Shown: positions 1 to 10,200 of the stretch, piece after piece
Position numbering within the stretch: the stretch's first letter is position 1
Layout: each line of letters begins with the position of its first letter
Assembly: GCA_963823665.1 (NCBI GenBank)
Contig: CAWGMQ010000010.1
Span: forward strand, 1,376,001-1,440,000
Origin: an uncultured Planctomycetota bacterium
GTDB taxonomy: Bacteria > Planctomycetota > Planctomycetia > Isosphaerales > Isosphaeraceae
Length of the DNA: 64,000 nt
Reading direction: 5' to 3'
The notes under the pieces: generated by a model
What the model was told of the DNA's origin: nothing
What the model saw: the letters and a program-made list of their open reading frames with translations, nothing else
The model's database searches: none
Translations under genes and position numbers: made by a program

Positions 1-2
1 CG

Positions 3-245
3 CTCGACCTCGAGGCAATCGCCAAGGATCAGGAAGGGTCACATCCCAACAGCTTGTGGCTTCCCCATTTCATGATCGGGATGTTCCTCCAGAAGCACGG
101 CAAGCCGATCGAGGCTCGGCAATACCTGGAAAAATCAGCCGAAAATCCCTACACAAACGCCTGGACCCTCGCCATCGTCCGCGACACGATCCGCAAGATC
201 GACCAGAGCGCGAAAAACCCGAAGACCGCGCCCGCGGCTCCCTGA
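3..245 (+). CDS. C-terminal part of a hypothetical (TPR-like) protein, truncated by the window edge
   Basis: Frame is open from base 3 (LDLEAIAKDQ...FMIGMFLQKHGKPIEARQYLEKSA...) to TGA at 243-245; the helix pair looks TPR-like. Confidence 0.55.
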   Translation, partial: LDLEAIAKDQEGSHPNSLWLPHFMIGMFLQKHGKPIEARQYLEKSAENPYTNAWTLAIVRDTIRKIDQSAKNPKTAPAAP

Positions 246-294
246 AACCGCTTGTGGTCCTCACAAATCTCCTGCGGGTCCATCTCGCCCTACA

Positions 295-2574
295 TCATTC
301 CCGCAACGGGATGACCTGGCTCCGCAGAGTCTTGTACTCCTTCTCAAACTCGGTGATCTCGATCGCCTGATTCACCGCCACGTCGTGGAACACCTGCGTG
401 GTCGCACTCGTGGGCCAGTCAATCTGAAGCATCGCAACCCGATCGGCCTTGCCCAGCCCGATTGTCTGCCGCAGCGGGTTGGCTCCGAAGCTCGAGCCTG
501 ACGTCACGTGGCGATAAACGGTGAGCGGCTCCTTGAGGGCGGTCACCACCTTGATCCGCGCGCCGATTGCGGCGCAGTTGGTCGTCTTCCCCACCAGCTT
601 GACGGTGATCCAGTTGTTTCCCTGACCGGGGTTCTGGAACATGATGTTGTGATATTTGTCACCATCGATGGCACCGCCCATCTCGATGAAGATATCAACG
701 TCACCGTCGTTGTCCCAGTCGCCGCAGGCGACGCCGTGGCCTTTTTGAAGGTGGCCCGTACGCGAGGTTCCAGTAATATCGGCGAATCGCTTGCCCCCCA
801 CGTTCTTGAACATCCGGTTCGGGATCAGCAACGACAGGGTGGGGTCGCCGGTGCCCAGGTAGAAGTCGAGCCAGCCGTCGTTGTCGAAGTCGCCGAAGTT
901 GCAGCCCATCGTGGCAAAGACCATGTCCAGGCCCGATTCCGCGATCACATTGTCGAACCCCTTGCCGCCTCGGTTGTGGAACAGTCTCGGAGAGTCTCTG
1001 CGATGTTTGCGGCCCACCAGGCCGCGAACGACGTCGTCCAGCGTGCGGTCGTACGACGTGGCGAAGATGTCGAGCCAGCCGTCGTTATCATAATCCCAGC
1101 TCCAGCACGCAAAGCCGCCGCGCGGGCCGTCGATTCCCATTTCGCGGGTGACCTGGGCGAATCTCCCGTTCCTCTCGTTATGGTAAAGCTGGGCGAGCCC
1201 GGTCAGGCTGTCGACGAAAAGGTCCGGATAGCGATCGTTATCGTAGTCGATCCAGGTGCAGCCCTTGTAAAAGCCCTGGCCCTTCCCATCGACTCCCGCT
1301 CCGGCGGCGACCTCGATGAACGTGCCGTCGCGGCGATTGCGGTACAGCCGGTTCGGCTGTCTTTCGCACGCGACGAAGAGGTCGAGCCAGCCGTCATTGT
1401 CGTAATCGGCCCAGGCCGCTGCATTGGAATTGACGGGGTCGAGCAAGCCCGACTCCGCCGTGACGTCGGTGAACCGTCCGCCGCCGTCATTTCGCAGGAG
1501 GGAGGGCCGCACCGGGTGCGGCAGCCAGGCGCCGCGGGGAATGTACACGTCCAGCCGGCCGTCGTTGTTGTAATCGGTCTGGTAGCAGACCAGTCCGCCG
1601 AGCTGCCCCGTCAGTCCCGCGGCTTGGCTGCGGTCTTCGAACTTCCCGTCGCCTCGGTTGTGGTAGAACGCCATCGACCCGGCCGGATCCATCGTGGTGA
1701 CCGCGATATCGAGCAGCGAGTCGCCGTCGAAGTCGTCCATGATCGCGCCGCCAGCCTGGTTCAAACGATTCACCCCCAGCAGGTGCCCGACGTCGCGGAA
1801 CTCGCCGATATTGAGCTCGGAATGCAGAAACCTGTCGAGATCGAGCAAATAGCGGCGATCGACCTTCGACGGGTATTCCCCGAGTGTCATGTGCGCGACG
1901 CTCAGGAGCCACTTGACCCCGAGATCGTCGGGAAACTGCTCGAGGTACTCGGTGAAGTACCCGATCGCCATCCGCGATCCCTCGGGCCTTGAGTGCATGG
2001 CCGCGGCATTGATCGGAACGATGCACGAGCTCTCGCCGCGGCAGAGGATGCAATTCTCGTTCTCGCCCAGGCGCATCGCCGAGACGCCCTGGAAGAAGAT
2101 CACGCTGTACAGCCACCTTCGCTCGAGCGAGTCGCGACCGGCGAGCCAGGCTCGGGTTTCCTCGAGGGCTGCCGACGAGCGCCCCTGATCCGCCTCGTAC
2201 TGGTAGATCGCCGCCTTGACGAGCCGGAGAAAGACCTGCTCTTCTTCACTGACCGAGGGCGTCTCGAGCGCCGCGTCGATCCGAGCGAGCTCACGCGAGC
2301 CGGCCGTGCGGAAGACCTCGCGTATCTCCCCGAGCGATGCCGACTCCCGCCATGGCTCGAGCCCCGGCGAGAGCAAGGAGAAGCCGCTCGTGTCGAAGGG
2401 ATTCCGCTCGTTGTAGGGCAAGTGCGAGCGCTTCCTCCCGCCTTTCGTCAAAAGCGAGTGGCCGTAAGCGAGCCATCCGGCCGCGCCGACGAGGCTCGCG
2501 AGCAAGAGCGAGAGAACGACGCCGATGGCGGTGACGGAACGCCCCGTCGACCCAACATCTGTTTTCATCGGCAC
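295..2574 (-). CDS. CRTAC1-family FG-GAP/VCBS repeat protein with C-terminal ASPIC/UnbV domain, N-terminal TM anchor (paralog 1)
   Basis: 759 aa ORF; repeated D(Y/F)DNDGxLD motifs; C-terminal NxAAIGARIKV...SGSSFGANPLRQTIGLG; AGGA upstream of the start. Confidence 0.9.
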   Translation of the reverse strand: MPMKTDVGSTGRSVTAIGVVLSLLLASLVGAAGWLAYGHSLLTKGGRKRSHLPYNERNPFDTSGFSLLSPGLEPWRESASLGEIREVFRTAGSRELARIDAALETPSVSEEEQVFLRLVKAAIYQYEADQGRSSAALEETRAWLAGRDSLERRWLYSVIFFQGVSAMRLGENENCILCRGESSCIVPINAAAMHSRPEGSRMAIGYFTEYLEQFPDDLGVKWLLSVAHMTLGEYPSKVDRRYLLDLDRFLHSELNIGEFRDVGHLLGVNRLNQAGGAIMDDFDGDSLLDIAVTTMDPAGSMAFYHNRGDGKFEDRSQAAGLTGQLGGLVCYQTDYNNDGRLDVYIPRGAWLPHPVRPSLLRNDGGGRFTDVTAESGLLDPVNSNAAAWADYDNDGWLDLFVACERQPNRLYRNRRDGTFIEVAAGAGVDGKGQGFYKGCTWIDYDNDRYPDLFVDSLTGLAQLYHNERNGRFAQVTREMGIDGPRGGFACWSWDYDNDGWLDIFATSYDRTLDDVVRGLVGRKHRRDSPRLFHNRGGKGFDNVIAESGLDMVFATMGCNFGDFDNDGWLDFYLGTGDPTLSLLIPNRMFKNVGGKRFADITGTSRTGHLQKGHGVACGDWDNDGDVDIFIEMGGAIDGDKYHNIMFQNPGQGNNWITVKLVGKTTNCAAIGARIKVVTALKEPLTVYRHVTSGSSFGANPLRQTIGLGKADRVAMLQIDWPTSATTQVFHDVAVNQAIEITEFEKEYKTLRSQVIPLRE

Positions 2575-2588
2575 GTTCCTCGCTCTTC

Positions 2589-2616
2589 GTAGGGTCCGCC
2601 GTTGCGGACCATTCCC
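2589..2616 (+). repeat. REP-like palindrome GTAG-GGTCCGC-CGTT-GCGGACC
   Basis: Perfect 7-bp stem preceded by GTAG; related copies at 4897-4918 and 29597-29623. Confidence 0.65.
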
Positions 2617-2626
2617 GCCGGTGTGC

Positions 2627-4891
2627 TCACTCCGGCAATGGGATCACCACATTCCGCACCGTCTTGTACGCCTTCTCAAATTCAATGATCTCGATCGCCT
2701 GATTCACCGCCAGATCGCGGAACACCTGCGTCGTCCCACTGGTAGGCCACTCGATCCACACTTCCGCAATCCGATCGGCCTTCCCCACACCGATCGTCTG
2801 CCGCAGCGGATTCGCGCCGAAACTGCTGCCGGACGTCACGTGGCGATAAATCGTGATCGCCTCCTTTCCCCCCGTCACCACCTTGATCCGCGCACCAATC
2901 GCAGCGCGGTTGGTCTTCTTGCCCACCAGCTCGAGCGTGATCCAGTTGTTCCCCTGGCCGGGATTTTGGAACATGATATTATGATATTTGTCCCCATTTA
3001 GTGCACCGCCCATCTCGATGAAGATGTCGATGTCGCCGTCATTGTCCCAGTCGCCGCAGGCAACGCCGTGGCCTTTCTGAAGGTGGCCAGTGCCGGAGCT
3101 GCCGGTGATCTCCTCGAACCGGCCGTCCGACCGGTTCCGGAACATCCGGTTCGGCACCAGCGTGCTAAGATCCGGGTCGCCGGTGCCCAGGTAGAAGTCG
3201 AGCCAGCCGTCGTTGTCGAAGTCGCCGAAGTTGCAGCCCATCGTGGCAAAGACCATATCCAGCCCCGATTCCGCAATCTTGTTCTCAAAACCCTTGCCGG
3301 CGTTGTTGCGAAAAAGTCGCGACGAGATTCGCGAATGCTTGCGGCCGACCAGTCCGCGCACGACGTCGCCGAGCGTTCGATCGTATGAGTTCGCGAAGAT
3401 GTCGAGCCAGCCGTCGTTGTCGTAGTCCCAGCTCCAGCAGGCGAACCCGCCGCGCGGGCCGTCGATTCCCATGTCGCTGCTCACGTCGCGGAAGCTTCCG
3501 TCCCGATCGTTATGAAAAAGCCTCGCCACGCCGCTCAAGGAGCTCACGAACAGGTCCGGATAGCGGTCGTTGTCGTAGTCAATCCACGTGCAGCCCTTGT
3601 ATTCCTGCTTCTGCCCTTGGACGCCCGCCCGCGCCGCCACGTCTTCGAACGTGCCGTCGCGGCGATTGTGAAACAGCCGGTTCGGCTGCTTCTCGCAGGC
3701 GACGAAGAGGTCGAGCCAGCCGTCATTGTCGTAATCGGCCCACGCGGCCGCGATCGAATTGACCGCAACCTCGAGCCCCGCTTCGGCCGTGACGTCCGTG
3801 AACCGTCCGCCGCCGTCATTGCGCAAGAGTGAAGGCCGCACCGGGTGCGGCAGCCACGCGCCCCGTGGAATGAACACGTCCAGCCGGCCGTCGTTGTTGT
3901 AGTCGGTCTGGTAGCAGACCAGTCCGCCGAGCTGCCCCGCCAGTCCCGCGGCTTGGCTGCGGTCTTCAAACGTTCCATCGCCCCGGTTGTGGTAGAACGC
4001 CATCGCCCCGGCCGGGTCCATCGTCGTCACCACGACATCCAGCAGCGAGTCGCCGTCGAAGTCGTCCATGATCGCGCCGCCGGCCTGGTTCAGACGATTG
4101 AGACCCAGCAAGTGCCCGACATCACGGAACTTGCCGATCCCCGCACGCGGATGCAGAAAGCCGTCAAGATCGAGCCGATAACGCGGGTCAACCTTCGACG
4201 GGAACTCGCCCAGCGTCATGTGGGCGACGTTCAAGAGCCACTTGACGCCGATGTCGTCGGGAAACCGCTCGAGATACTCGGTGAAATACCCGATTGCCGC
4301 CCGCGACCCGTCGGGTTTGGTATGCACCGCCGCCTGGTTGATCGGAACAATGCAAGAGCTCTCGCCGCGGCAGAGAATGCAGTTCTCATTCTCCCCCAGC
4401 CGCATCGCCGATACGCCCTGGAAGAAGATCACGCTGTAGAGCCACTGCTCCGCAACGGCATCGTGGCTTTCGAGCCAGATCCGGGCTTCCTCGAGCGCCG
4501 CCGAACATCTCTTGGGGTCGGCGTCGTACTGGTAGATCGACGCCTTCACCAGCCGAAGCACGATCTGATGCTGGAGGGCGACCGACGGCTTCTCCAGCGT
4601 GGCGTCGATCTGCGCGATGTCGCGCTCCCCGGCCCCGCGGAACGCATCCCGCACTTCCTCGAGCGTCGCCGATTCCTTCCATCGTGGCAGCGCCGGCAAG
4701 ACCGCCGAGAAGCCGCCGGTATCAATGGCCTTCCGCTCCTTGTAGGCCAGGTTCGGCCGCCGGCTCGCGGCCGGCTTCATCTTTGCCGCCGCATAACGCA
4801 GCCACAACATCGCGCCGCCCGAACAGGCGAGCATCACCCCCAGCGTGACCGCGATCAAGGTAGTCGACCGGTGTTTTCGTTCCATATCCAC
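2627..4891 (-). CDS. CRTAC1-family FG-GAP + ASPIC/UnbV protein (paralog 2)
   Basis: 754 aa ORF, collinear with and highly similar to paralog 1. Confidence 0.9.
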   Translation of the reverse strand: MDMERKHRSTTLIAVTLGVMLACSGGAMLWLRYAAAKMKPAASRRPNLAYKERKAIDTGGFSAVLPALPRWKESATLEEVRDAFRGAGERDIAQIDATLEKPSVALQHQIVLRLVKASIYQYDADPKRCSAALEEARIWLESHDAVAEQWLYSVIFFQGVSAMRLGENENCILCRGESSCIVPINQAAVHTKPDGSRAAIGYFTEYLERFPDDIGVKWLLNVAHMTLGEFPSKVDPRYRLDLDGFLHPRAGIGKFRDVGHLLGLNRLNQAGGAIMDDFDGDSLLDVVVTTMDPAGAMAFYHNRGDGTFEDRSQAAGLAGQLGGLVCYQTDYNNDGRLDVFIPRGAWLPHPVRPSLLRNDGGGRFTDVTAEAGLEVAVNSIAAAWADYDNDGWLDLFVACEKQPNRLFHNRRDGTFEDVAARAGVQGQKQEYKGCTWIDYDNDRYPDLFVSSLSGVARLFHNDRDGSFRDVSSDMGIDGPRGGFACWSWDYDNDGWLDIFANSYDRTLGDVVRGLVGRKHSRISSRLFRNNAGKGFENKIAESGLDMVFATMGCNFGDFDNDGWLDFYLGTGDPDLSTLVPNRMFRNRSDGRFEEITGSSGTGHLQKGHGVACGDWDNDGDIDIFIEMGGALNGDKYHNIMFQNPGQGNNWITLELVGKKTNRAAIGARIKVVTGGKEAITIYRHVTSGSSFGANPLRQTIGVGKADRIAEVWIEWPTSGTTQVFRDLAVNQAIEIIEFEKAYKTVRNVVIPLPE

Positions 4892-4896
4892 TCTTA

Positions 4897-4918
4897 GTGG
4901 GGTCCGCCATTGCGGACC
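4897..4918 (+). repeat. REP-like palindrome GTGG-GGTCCGC-CATT-GCGGACC
   Basis: Same stem as 2593-2610; intergenic. Confidence 0.65.
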
Positions 4919-4934
4919 GTCCCGCGCGGTCGCC

Positions 4935-7223
4935 TCATTCCGCCAATCGGATCACCGCAGTCTGAAGCGTCTTGTAATCGCCCTCGCCCTCGGTGATCTC
5001 GATCGCTCGATTCACCGGCACATCCCGAAAAACCTGATGGGTCGAACTCGTCGGCCAGTCAATTCGCAGCTCGGCAAGCCGCTCCGCCTTGCCCAGCCCG
5101 ATCGTTTGCCGAAGCGGATTGGCCCCGAAGCTCGAGCCCGAGGTCACGTGCCGGTAAACCCGCATCGGCTCCTTACCCTCCGTCACCGCCATGATCCGCG
5201 CGCCGATCGCCGCGCGATTCGTCTGCTTGCCCACCAGCTTCACAGTCAGCCAGTGGTTCCCCTGGCCGGGATTTTGAAAGAGCACATTATGATATTTGTC
5301 CCCGTTGACAGCACCGCCGGTCTCGATGAAGATGTCGATGTCGCCGTCGTTGTCCCAGTCGCCGCAGGCCACGCCGTGGCCCTTCTGAAGGTGGCCCGTC
5401 CCGGTGCCCCCGGTGATCTCGGCGAATCGCTTGCCCCCCACGTTCTTGAACATCCGGTTGGGGACGAGCATCGCCAGGTTGGGGTCGCCCGTGCCCAGGT
5501 ACATGTCCAGCCAGCCGTCGTTGTCGAAGTCCGCGAAGTTGCACCCCATCGTCGCGAATACCATGTCGAGCCCGGCTTCCCGCGTCTTGTCCTCGAATCC
5601 CTTGCCCTCTTTGTTGCGATACAGCCGGTTGCTCTTGCGCGTGTGCTCCTGGCCCAGCAGCCCGCGCACCACATCTTTCAAAGTAAGATCATATGAAGTA
5701 GCAAAGATGTCGATCCAGCCGTCGTTGTCGTAGTCCCACGCCCAGCATGGAAAGCCCGTGAACGGCCCGTCGATTCCCATTTCTTCGCTCACGTTCTTGA
5801 ACGTTCCGTCGCCGTTGTTTCTGTACAGCCGGCCCTTCCCCGCGAGGTCGTTGAGAAACAGATCCGGAAAGCGGTCGTTGTCGTAGTCGAGCCAGTTGCA
5901 GCCCTTGCAGAACTTCGCCATCTTTTCGTCGACGCCGGCCGCCACGGCGACATCCTTGAACGTCCCGTTTCCCTGGTTGCGATACAGCCGGTTGGGCTGC
6001 CGCTCGCAGGCGACGAACAGGTCCACCCAGCCGTCGTTGTCATAGTCGGCCCACGCCGCCGCGTTCGAGTTGAGCGGGTCGAGCAAACCAGCGTTCCCGG
6101 TGACGTCGACGAAGCTGCCATTGCCGTTGTTCGCGAGCAGCGTCGGGCGCACTGCGTGCGGCACCCACGCCCCGCGCGGGATGTAAATGTCCAGACGGCC
6201 GTCATTGTTGTAGTCGGCCTGGTAGCACACGAGCCCGCCGAACTGGCTCGAGACCCCGGCCGACTCGCTCCGATCCTCGAATCGGCCGTCCCCCGCGTTA
6301 TGGTAGTAAGACATCGACTGCGTGATGTCGTTGCAGGTGACCGCCAGGTCGAGCCGCTCGTCGCCGTCAAAATCGTCCATGATCGCCCCGCCCGACTGAT
6401 TGTAACGGTTCACCCCCACCGCCTCTCCCACGTCGCGGAACTTGCCGATGTCGAATTCCGGATGGGCGAATTTCTCGAGCGAGATCAGGTACCGCGAGTC
6501 CACCCCGTCCGGGTGTTCCCCCAGCGTCATGTGCGCCAGGTTGAGCAGCCACCTGGCTTCGAGGTCGTCGGGAAACCTCGTGAGATACTCCGTGAAGTGC
6601 TTGATCGCCAGCCTCGACCCGTCGGGCTTCGTGTGCACGGCGGCCTGGGAAATCGGCAGGATGCACGAGCTCTCCCCCCGGCACATGATGCAGTTGTCGT
6701 TCTCGCCCTGCCGCAGCGCGGTCGCTCCCTGAAAGTAGATCACCGTGTACAGCCACTGCTCCGCCAGCTTGTCGCGCTCGCCCAGCCACGCGCGCATCCT
6801 CGAGAGCACCTCGTAGGCTCGCCCGGGTTCGGCCTCGTAGTTGAACAGGGACGCCTTGGCCAGTTCGAACACAATCCGGCGATCCTCGGGAAAACCCGGT
6901 TGCGCGAGTTGCCGTTCGATCTTCTCGATGTTGCGGAAGCCCACGCCCTTGAAGACGCGACCGATCTCCTCGAACGTCGCATCGGGCGGCCAGCGGTCGA
7001 GTGTGGGCAGCACCGCGGTGAACCCGCCGGTGTCGACGGGTTTTTTCTCGTGGTACGAGAGTGCTTTGCTTGGGCCTGTTGGTCGATCCGCCGGCTTCCG
7101 CCGATTGGCGATCATCACGGCCGACAGCACCCCCGCTAGCACCAGGCAGCCCAGCACCAGCCAGAGAGCCAAATGCCTCGTCTTGGTGCGCCGAGCCGGC
7201 TGGACGTTGTTGATCGTTGCCAT
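4935..7223 (-). CDS. CRTAC1-family FG-GAP + ASPIC/UnbV protein (paralog 3)
   Basis: ORF 4935..7304; probable start ATG 7223 (MATINNVQ..., then a TM helix), which avoids overlap with the upstream gene; same motifs as paralogs 1 and 2. Confidence 0.88.
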   Translation of the reverse strand: MATINNVQPARRTKTRHLALWLVLGCLVLAGVLSAVMIANRRKPADRPTGPSKALSYHEKKPVDTGGFTAVLPTLDRWPPDATFEEIGRVFKGVGFRNIEKIERQLAQPGFPEDRRIVFELAKASLFNYEAEPGRAYEVLSRMRAWLGERDKLAEQWLYTVIYFQGATALRQGENDNCIMCRGESSCILPISQAAVHTKPDGSRLAIKHFTEYLTRFPDDLEARWLLNLAHMTLGEHPDGVDSRYLISLEKFAHPEFDIGKFRDVGEAVGVNRYNQSGGAIMDDFDGDERLDLAVTCNDITQSMSYYHNAGDGRFEDRSESAGVSSQFGGLVCYQADYNNDGRLDIYIPRGAWVPHAVRPTLLANNGNGSFVDVTGNAGLLDPLNSNAAAWADYDNDGWVDLFVACERQPNRLYRNQGNGTFKDVAVAAGVDEKMAKFCKGCNWLDYDNDRFPDLFLNDLAGKGRLYRNNGDGTFKNVSEEMGIDGPFTGFPCWAWDYDNDGWIDIFATSYDLTLKDVVRGLLGQEHTRKSNRLYRNKEGKGFEDKTREAGLDMVFATMGCNFADFDNDGWLDMYLGTGDPNLAMLVPNRMFKNVGGKRFAEITGGTGTGHLQKGHGVACGDWDNDGDIDIFIETGGAVNGDKYHNVLFQNPGQGNHWLTVKLVGKQTNRAAIGARIMAVTEGKEPMRVYRHVTSGSSFGANPLRQTIGLGKAERLAELRIDWPTSSTHQVFRDVPVNRAIEITEGEGDYKTLQTAVIRLAE

Positions 7224-7255
7224 CGTGTCAGCTCGATTGTCTCCGGAGCGATCGA

Positions 7256-10200
7256 TCACGGCCCCGCCCCGGCTTTCGCACCTTGCGGCAGCGACCTGGG
7301 CCACTTGCCCTGGTAGGTCACGTTGCGCACTCGCACCTGGGTCTCGTCCGCATAATGAAACAAGCCGAACGATCGCTGATTTTCCGCCTCGATCCGCCGC
7401 TCGTAGATCGCCTGGCCGTTCAGATCGATTGTAACCTTCTCACCCGCGAGCCGCAGCGCCAGGTGGTTCCAGGCTTGCGGCTTGAGGGGCAGCGGCCCGC
7501 TCCCCCGGCGATTCTCCGGCTCGTCACAGACGTTCTCGGGCAACAGGCCCGAGCGCTCGTAGACGCCGTCGGTCAATCGGTGGATCTTCACGCCGCTCGG
7601 CTCGATCAGGAACGCCAGCCGGTCGAGTGCGGGGTGCACCATCAGCTTGCCCGGGTCGAAATAGAACTCGTACTCGACTCGCCCGTCCTCGAGCATCGGC
7701 CGGTGATAGCGCAACACGCTCTCCTGCTTCGTGCCCGCGAGATACTCGTGCACCTTGCCGGAAAGCTCCTCGCCGCGCTGGTTCCAATCAGGGTCGTTGG
7801 CATTGATTTCGCCGTATTCATTGGCCAGCCAGCCGGAGAGGTCGGGAAGCGCCGAGAGCTTGAGCTTCTCGGGAACGCTCGGGTTGCCCGTGATCCTGAT
7901 GCCGCGCGGCACCCGTCTCCGATCCCTGGCAAACGAGCGCGAGCCACGGATCGCGCTCGGCCGGAATGGCAACCTCATACACGTTGCGTCCGTTCACGGA
8001 AGCCGTCATGCGACCATCTTTCACAACAAGCCGGAACGCATACCAGTCGCCCAGCTTCGCCAGCGCCGAGTTGAGCGGCACCTCCGAAATCGGCCGGCCA
8101 AGCTGGAACCGTTCCATGCTCTTCATGTCATTGGCGGGAGCCAGCCCCATCCCGCCGTAGATCACCCGGATCTTGCGTCCCACGATGGACTGTAGCTCGC
8201 AGTCAAGTTGAAAATCCCCGTGAAGGGGCACGCTCAGGTACATCATGTCCACGTCGTGGCCCGGATAGTGCTTCAGCTCGCCGTCATGCGCGTCCCATTG
8301 CGCCAGCGGATTCCCCTGGCCACGGCTTTCGGCCCGATTCTGGGTCACACGCACCCAGCCCGGAAACGTCCCCTGAACGGTCGGCGATGTCCGACCCTCG
8401 TCCTTGTCCTTTTCGGCGAGCGCCAGCACGTGCGCGCGGCGCGCTCGCGGAAGAGCACCTGGTCCCAGACGCGAGTCAAACTCTCGTATGGTCCGTTGGC
8501 CCGCCGTCGCGCGACGGTTTGTTGGACCGGAATGTCCATCATCTGCGCTGCCTGGATGCGCAGTGCCGAGCGCTCGATCGCCCGCGAAGCCAACAGGAGC
8601 TCCGGCCACCGCGCGTAGACCGGTGCCTCGGCGTCGAGCTTCTTGAGCGGTGCCTGGATGGCCGCGATCGTCTTCGCGGCGAGTGTGTCGTCGCCCTGCG
8701 CAATCTGGATGAGACCCAGCAGGACGAGCCGGCCGCGCTCGAACTCCGGTGATTCCGTCCCGCCCTCCGCCTGGACACTCCGCACCCGCCCGGCAAGCTC
8801 GTCCAGCTTGCCGGTGGCCCGTGCCGTGGCCACTAGCTCGAGCGCCGGCGCTGTGATCTCTCCGCCGGTCTCCAGCCTGGTCGCCCCGGCACTCGATGCA
8901 CCGTTAACCGCGGTTGCGTTCGCACTGGGGGCCTCCTTCTCGCACGGTGGTGCCGGGAACGAAGCGCTCGATTCACCCGAAAGCCGCCAGACCGGCCGGT
9001 CCGGCGCTGCAAGCACCCAGGCGGCCAGCCGCTCGTAGCGGTCGTTGGACGTCAGCTTCCGCGCCTCCGCAAGTACGGCTCCGGCCTCGAGCGCGTAGAT
9101 CGACTCGTCAATCAGAGCCCGTCGCGCTCTTCGCTCCGCCACCGAATCGCCCGCTCCCCCGGACGAAGCCAGGTTGGCCTTTTGCGCGGAAGAAAGCGCC
9201 TGCGGCCACCGCCCCCGCAGCACGACGTTCCGCGCCCGCGCCGCGGTGTGGTCCTTGAAATGAAAGAAGCTGAACTGCCGTGACAAACCGGCCTCGAGCG
9301 GTTGCTCGTAGATCGTCTGGCCATTGAGCTCGAGCGTCGCCTTCCCGGCTTCGATGGCGAGAGCCAGCCGGTTCCAATCGCCTCGTTTGAGCGGCAGCAC
9401 TTTCGGCCCACGGCGATTCTGCGGTTCCTCGGCCGTGTTGTCAGCGGGCAGCCCGGAGAGGTCCGAGTAGCTATCTTCGGTCATCCAGTGCAGCCGCACT
9501 CCGCCCGGCTCGACCAGAAACACGAGCCGGTCGAGCGCCGGGTGCACCATCACCTGATCGGGTTCATAAAGGAACTCATAGGAGAGAACATCCCCATCGT
9601 GAAGTGGACGGAAGTAGCAAAGCCGGCTCTGATCGGCTTCGGAGATGCTGCCGTCCTGCATGGCTCGCGCACGCTGCGTGTCTGCAAAGATTCGCCGCCC
9701 GTGGATCACGCCGTACGACGCCGACCAGTCGAAGGCGTCGAGGTCGGCCGGCTCGGCCTTCCTCTCGCTGCTCCGGGTTCGCCGATTTGGCACGCCGCCT
9801 CGAGAGCCCGCTCGATTATTCACGCGGTTGCCGTACGGGTCGATCATCGTCGCCCAGAGACGCCCGGGCACGCTCTCGTTATAGAATGAGGTGATCCAAC
9901 CGTCGAGCCGGCTTCCCTCGCACAGCTTGAGCTCACGCGGAATGGTCGGCTCGCCCGAAAGCGTGAGCCCTCGCCACACCGCGTGGCGGTCGCGATGCGT
10001 GAAGAGGCCCAGCCACGGTGCCGTCGGGCCGGGGTCCTCGTCCTCGAAGTAGAGATGGCCGTTGACCAGGTACCGAACGCGCCCCGGGCTCACCTGCACC
10101 GTCATCCTGTTGAAGCCGTCACGGCGCGACAGTCGCGACGGCAAGTTCACCGACTGCAAATCACCGACCTGAGAGATCTGGGAATTCCCCTGGAAGGAGG

